In this document: piece after piece, positions 62,226 through 64,000 of the stretch
How the letters are laid out: each line of letters starts with the position of its first letter
Position numbering within the stretch: position 1 is the stretch's first letter
The notes under the pieces: generated by a model
Told to the model about the DNA's origin: nothing
What the model saw: the letters and a program-made list of their open reading frames with translations, nothing else
Database searches by the model: none
Source of the DNA: a virus
Taxonomy: Duplodnaviria; Heunggongvirae; Uroviricota; Caudoviricetes
Length of the DNA: 64,000 nt
Reading direction: 5' to 3' (one strand)
IMG/VR virus record: IMGVR_UViG_3300037418_000775
Coordinates: 28,636-92,635 of that record
Made by a program: the position numbers and the translations under genes

Positions 62226-62783
62226 TCATTTGAATCGCTCCAGCGCCTTTTCTGCCGCCTTCACTACATCGTAGCGCAGGGTTTCGGTGTCGAGTTGCGC
62301 TCGCGCCACGCAGTACGAAAGCGCCGATACCTCTGCGGTCGTTAGACCTTGTGCTTGTTGTGGTGCTTTTTCGCGCAAAGCCGCTACGATAGCCTCAGCG
62401 AGAGATTCCGGCGTCCACTCGTCCGAATCGCACTCGCGCAACTCGTCACGAATAATATCCGCCATAAACGGGGCCAGCCCGAAAAGCGGAACCGCATCTT
62501 TCGATTGGGCAGTCGAACCACGACGATATAGGACGGCGTTTAACGCCGCTCTCATGTTCGTTTCGTCCGAGTTGTATTCGGCATGGTCCCGGTACTCATT
62601 AAGCGCGAGTTTCACTTCCTCGTCACTTACGGGCGTGTAGGATCGTCCCGGCGTATCTTCCGGCTGTTGCGTGACGTTCACGGCGAACCACTCGGCCAAA
62701 CCCTCGCGGCTGAAGTCGCCACGGTTAACGAGTAGTCCGTCGAAGCGTTGGATGAAGCGATCCGCAAGTTCATTGCTGTTCAT
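62226..62783 (-). CDS. Hypothetical protein
   Basis: Probable start at ATG 62783 (MNSNELADRF); the track ORF began at TTG 62813. Confidence 0.4.
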   Translation of the reverse strand: MNSNELADRFIQRFDGLLVNRGDFSREGLAEWFAVNVTQQPEDTPGRSYTPVSDEEVKLALNEYRDHAEYNSDETNMRAALNAVLYRRGSTAQSKDAVPLFGLAPFMADIIRDELRECDSDEWTPESLAEAIVAALREKAPQQAQGLTTAEVSALSYCVARAQLDTETLRYDVVKAAEKALERFK

Positions 62784-63285
62784 ACATGGTCGCCTTTCTT
62801 GCAAAGCGGACAAACTTCACCCACAGTACCGACTTGTGCGCCGCACTCGCACGGACGAAAGCCTGTTCTGATTCGCCGCTTGGCTTTGCAGGCACACGAT
62901 ATGCGGCTGTTTGGAAACTTCGTCGAATCAAGACTCATTGTATGTAGCACCCGTTTTCACAGCGCATAGTTACGATTGGCTCAAAACGCTCGGATGGCGT
63001 CCAGCGCGGAATCATGGAGCGTACTCGGACCAATGCGTTCCCGCAGGTCGCGCAGCACGGCTTGGGGTCAGCATCCACGGATTTGCTCTGATTCACAGAC
63101 GCTCGCCTCGCTCCACGACTTCGCGCTTGCGCTTCTCAATCTCGCGCAAATGCTTGGCTGGGTCTTTCGGGTTGGATTCGGCGCGATGATAGATGCACGG
63201 GTCGTTAGACCAACAGCACTTATACCAATGCTGCCCGTCAAAATATCCGCGCTGCCTCGGCTCATCTTGTGAGGTTTGCGTGCGC

Positions 63286-63768
63286 TCAGTCTCCATGTTG
63301 CGGACACCCCTCTCGCGGGTTAATGATGGTCACGTCGCAGGTGCAAAGCCGCGCAAGTTCAGCCCGCAGGCGTTCAATCTCTTTACGCTGCTCTTGGTCG
63401 TGTTCAAAGACTTCCTTAGCGCGTTTAGCGCCCTCTTCGACCACAGCCCGAAGGCGCTCTATCTCGTCGCAAAGGTTGCCAACGTACATTTCGCAATAAG
63501 CGTGGCGGTTATTGCCAAAGAACGGGTCGCGCTTCAGCCAGCGGCGAGCGCCGTCCTCAATGCGGCCCTTTCCGGAAAAAACCTCGTTCGAGTCCGCAAA
63601 CGTCGCTACTGTCGAAGATTCGGGAGCAACGTACTTGTGCGAACACATTTGATTCGTGTGACCCGCCAAGCAAGGGACGCCGTTATGGCGCTCCGCATTA
63701 GGGCCTTGCAGGCAACGACCGTACTCGTTCGTGTACGCGCAACGTAATGTATCTTTGGCGTTATTCAC
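63286..63768 (-). CDS. Hypothetical Cys-rich protein with C-terminal coiled coil
   Basis: 160-aa ORF. Confidence 0.4.
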   Translation of the reverse strand: MNNAKDTLRCAYTNEYGRCLQGPNAERHNGVPCLAGHTNQMCSHKYVAPESSTVATFADSNEVFSGKGRIEDGARRWLKRDPFFGNNRHAYCEMYVGNLCDEIERLRAVVEEGAKRAKEVFEHDQEQRKEIERLRAELARLCTCDVTIINPREGCPQHGD

Positions 63769-63971
63769 GCTGCACTCTCACTTTTGATAAGCGGCATTTG
63801 CCCAACGCATCCGACGCACAGCGGACCCGGCGCTGCCGCCGGCGCTTCCTCGCCGTAGGTCTTGCCCCACTCGCAGCGCGTATGGCCTGCGGCTTTCACC
63901 CTCTCTTCGATCGCGATGATGCGGGCTGCGACCGCGGGATAGAAAATCTTGAGCATTTCTAATTCATCCAC
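63765..63971 (-). CDS. Hypothetical protein
   Basis: 68-aa ORF near the window end. Confidence 0.3.
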   Translation of the reverse strand: MDELEMLKIFYPAVAARIIAIEERVKAAGHTRCEWGKTYGEEAPAAAPGPLCVGCVGQMPLIKSESAA

Positions 63972-64000
63972 GTCGGCAAACGCACCGCACAGGCATTCGC

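Overview
This 64 kb window is almost entirely tailed-phage DNA (Caudoviricetes), siphovirus-like and apparently temperate, about 57-58% GC; no host flanking DNA is recognisable and the host is unknown. Positions 1-20,700 are a rightward virion module: a head-tail/neck region, a 620-aa major tail protein with Ig-like domains, two chaperone-like genes, a 1882-aa tape measure protein, a Dit-like protein, a 1720-aa Tal-like protein and a 1095-aa repeat-rich fibre. A lipoprotein moron on the minus strand and a rightward lysis-like cassette (L,D-transpeptidase-like enzyme, holin-like and membrane proteins) follow. Positions 25,155-36,226 are a leftward replication and nucleotide-metabolism operon: RlpA-like protein, B12-type-like ribonucleotide reductase (RNR), peptide deformylase, Endo VII-like nuclease, family-A DNA polymerase (PolA), a putative ssDNA-binding/annealing protein, HAD nucleotidase and a P-loop kinase. 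A 1.2 kb regulatory hub (36,227-37,491) holds divergent and tandem sigma70-like promoters of one family (TTGACA-N17-TAGTAT with a TGG extended -10), a 2x20 bp tandem repeat and hairpins. Rightward genes from 37,492 to 54,367 encode an HNH endonuclease, primase-helicase, Cas4-like nuclease, a frameshifted DUF4406-like gene, a RecA-like protein, a Dam-like methyltransferase, a DEDDy exonuclease, MazG, a secreted hydrolase-like protein and an SPFH/Band-7 protein. A leftward early operon (54,361-64,000) carries a SAM methyltransferase, a ParB-like protein, a 270-aa tyrosine recombinase, a Lys-rich histone-like protein and a Ku homologue. Notable observations: an 11-mer (CTACCAGGTCA) present eight times, an RNR gene with no canonical start codon, rho-independent terminators built on GGGGCCCC palindromes, and many mini zinc-ribbon ORFs.
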